Positions 62,472 to 64,000 of a DNA stretch of 64,000 bases are shown piece after piece; the first letter of the stretch is position 1, and every line of letters starts with the position of its first letter. A program made the position numbers and the translations under genes. This stretch comes from Dendrobates tinctorius (taxonomy: Eukaryota), in contig NW_027361891.1 in the NCBI RefSeq assembly GCF_039654945.1, positions 10,788,001 through 10,852,000 of the forward strand, in the 5' to 3' direction. The notes under the pieces were generated by a model, which saw only the letters and a list, made by a program, of their open reading frames with translations, was not told where the DNA came from and did no database searches.

Positions 62472-64000
62472 TAGAAAGACACATGTCCATAAAGTTCAAC
62501 CAAGGGATACAAAAGGATAAAGGGAAGGGATATACAGTATGTACAGCCTTTTCCTTTCTGGTCCTGTCGATAGGAACATCCTAGATGTTAATGGTTTATT
62601 TCTTATGGACTGGCCTTAATATGTGGACATTACCTATATCTCTGCATTTCCAAATAATAGTATACAGTAAAGCCCTTCCCATATATCTACCCACTTCCAT
62701 AAAGTACAGCCAGTGTAAAACTTCACTTTAAGAAGCATTGAGTCAGAATTCTAATAATTGTCTGGCCATTTCCCAATGAACATTTTAATTACCATGGTAA
62801 CCTGCAATTCGGATAACAAACCTTTGCAGATAATGCTTGTCAGTGTGACCCAGAGGCTATGTCTGCATTTCATGTTCCAGTTTGAGTGTATACCGGGTCA
62901 CAAGATTAGTCTCCGCTGTTGTATTACTTGTTTTTACAGGATATACTTTGATCCACAGTATGATAAACCGGCTAATAAATGCATTCTGGTTCAGTAAGAA
63001 CGTAATAACTAATGAGTGGGCTGAAACATCCAAGTGCTAATGTTTAGATGTAACTTTATCGCAGCCTGCTTATGTTATATATTACACTTGTATATGATAG
63101 TAAGAACATTCCTTTAATATCTTGTAGAAACTCAATGCTCTTCCATGTCATATCTATATACACCCAGGCCAGAAATCACATTGGCAATGGTTTACCACGT
63201 AGCTCAGTTTCGGCCACTAAAACACCACTTTTTAAGTGCCATAGTTCTAAATAGCTTATATTATATGGATTCATTAATTACACAAGTGCCTAGGTTATGG
63301 CCGAGTGCAAATCGTTGGGTGAGAGTAATACATTCTGATACATTCAGCACTTGATATACTAATGGACTGAGAATATACAGAATAACATATATCTAACATT
63401 AGCTGAATATTTGGGACTTTTTATAAATGGAAACCCCTAGACTTTCCGGCCTATGTAAGTGCATAAAAGCTCTACTTTTTATCGTAATTGCTTAGTACGA
63501 GAGAATAATGCTTGGATTAGAGAATAGGCACGCAGTGACAAAAGCCACCATTACGAACTATAAAGTGAGAGCAATCTTGTGGTATTATACACAGCATATT
63601 TCCATTTCAAGCATAAAAACACAAGCCCAATCTCTACATGGTTTATGAAGTATGCTCCTCATATTTCATGGACAGATCACTCCTGTTTTTTTATTCTACA
63701 TGAAAATAATGTTCTTAACCAAATGCGGAAGATGAAGCGGTCCCTGACACAGGTGAGATTGGAAAATATATCATTGAGATGTCAATGCACTAATGCAAAT
63801 GTGCTGGATACATTGACACAATGCAGATCGTCAGCTATTGCAGAATGGTCAGAGTTCATCCAGGGTCTTCAATTTTTACAACAAGGAGTTAAGTAAACAG
63901 TCTGTAAATAGGAATATATATACATATATCATGAGGCTTGATGTGATGTACAGGTATATTACATATCCATTACAAGATGCAGAAGAAATACTGAAGATAC

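Noticed and set aside
60599-63896. Short ORFs (60-105 aa) in the AT-rich right end
   Set aside because: No recognisable domains or consistent splice structure, and the lengths are as expected by chance.

Overview
This is vertebrate, almost certainly anuran (frog), repeat-dense non-genic DNA. The taxon is inferred from the TE families: T2/Kolobok, piggyBac-type and Harbinger MITEs, frog-type Tc1 and hAT fossils, CR1/L2 and a tRNA-SINE. No intact host gene is recognisable, and nearly all long ORFs are decayed transposase or gag-pol pieces or repeat artefacts. Most of the first ~59 kb is nested mobile elements, many with readable termini and target-site duplications (TSDs). These include hAT and Tc1 fossils, three near-identical 899-bp internally deleted Tc1 copies, one BEL/Pao LTR retrotransposon with both LTRs (31673-41987), eight TSD-delimited solo LTRs and a Helitron filled by a CpG-rich palindromic array. 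The most notable signals are four. (i) At least five short non-coding Penelope-like inserts each carry a minimal hammerhead ribozyme motif, one with a complete catalytic core at 35261-35305. (ii) The Helitron array carries ~14 YY1-like motifs. (iii) A 'GC-rich core flanked by outward-facing 5' splice sites' design recurs in MITEs of four unrelated superfamilies. (iv) A young deleted Tc1 keeps an open DNA-binding-domain ORF. All coordinates were read by eye, and no searches or folding computations were run.
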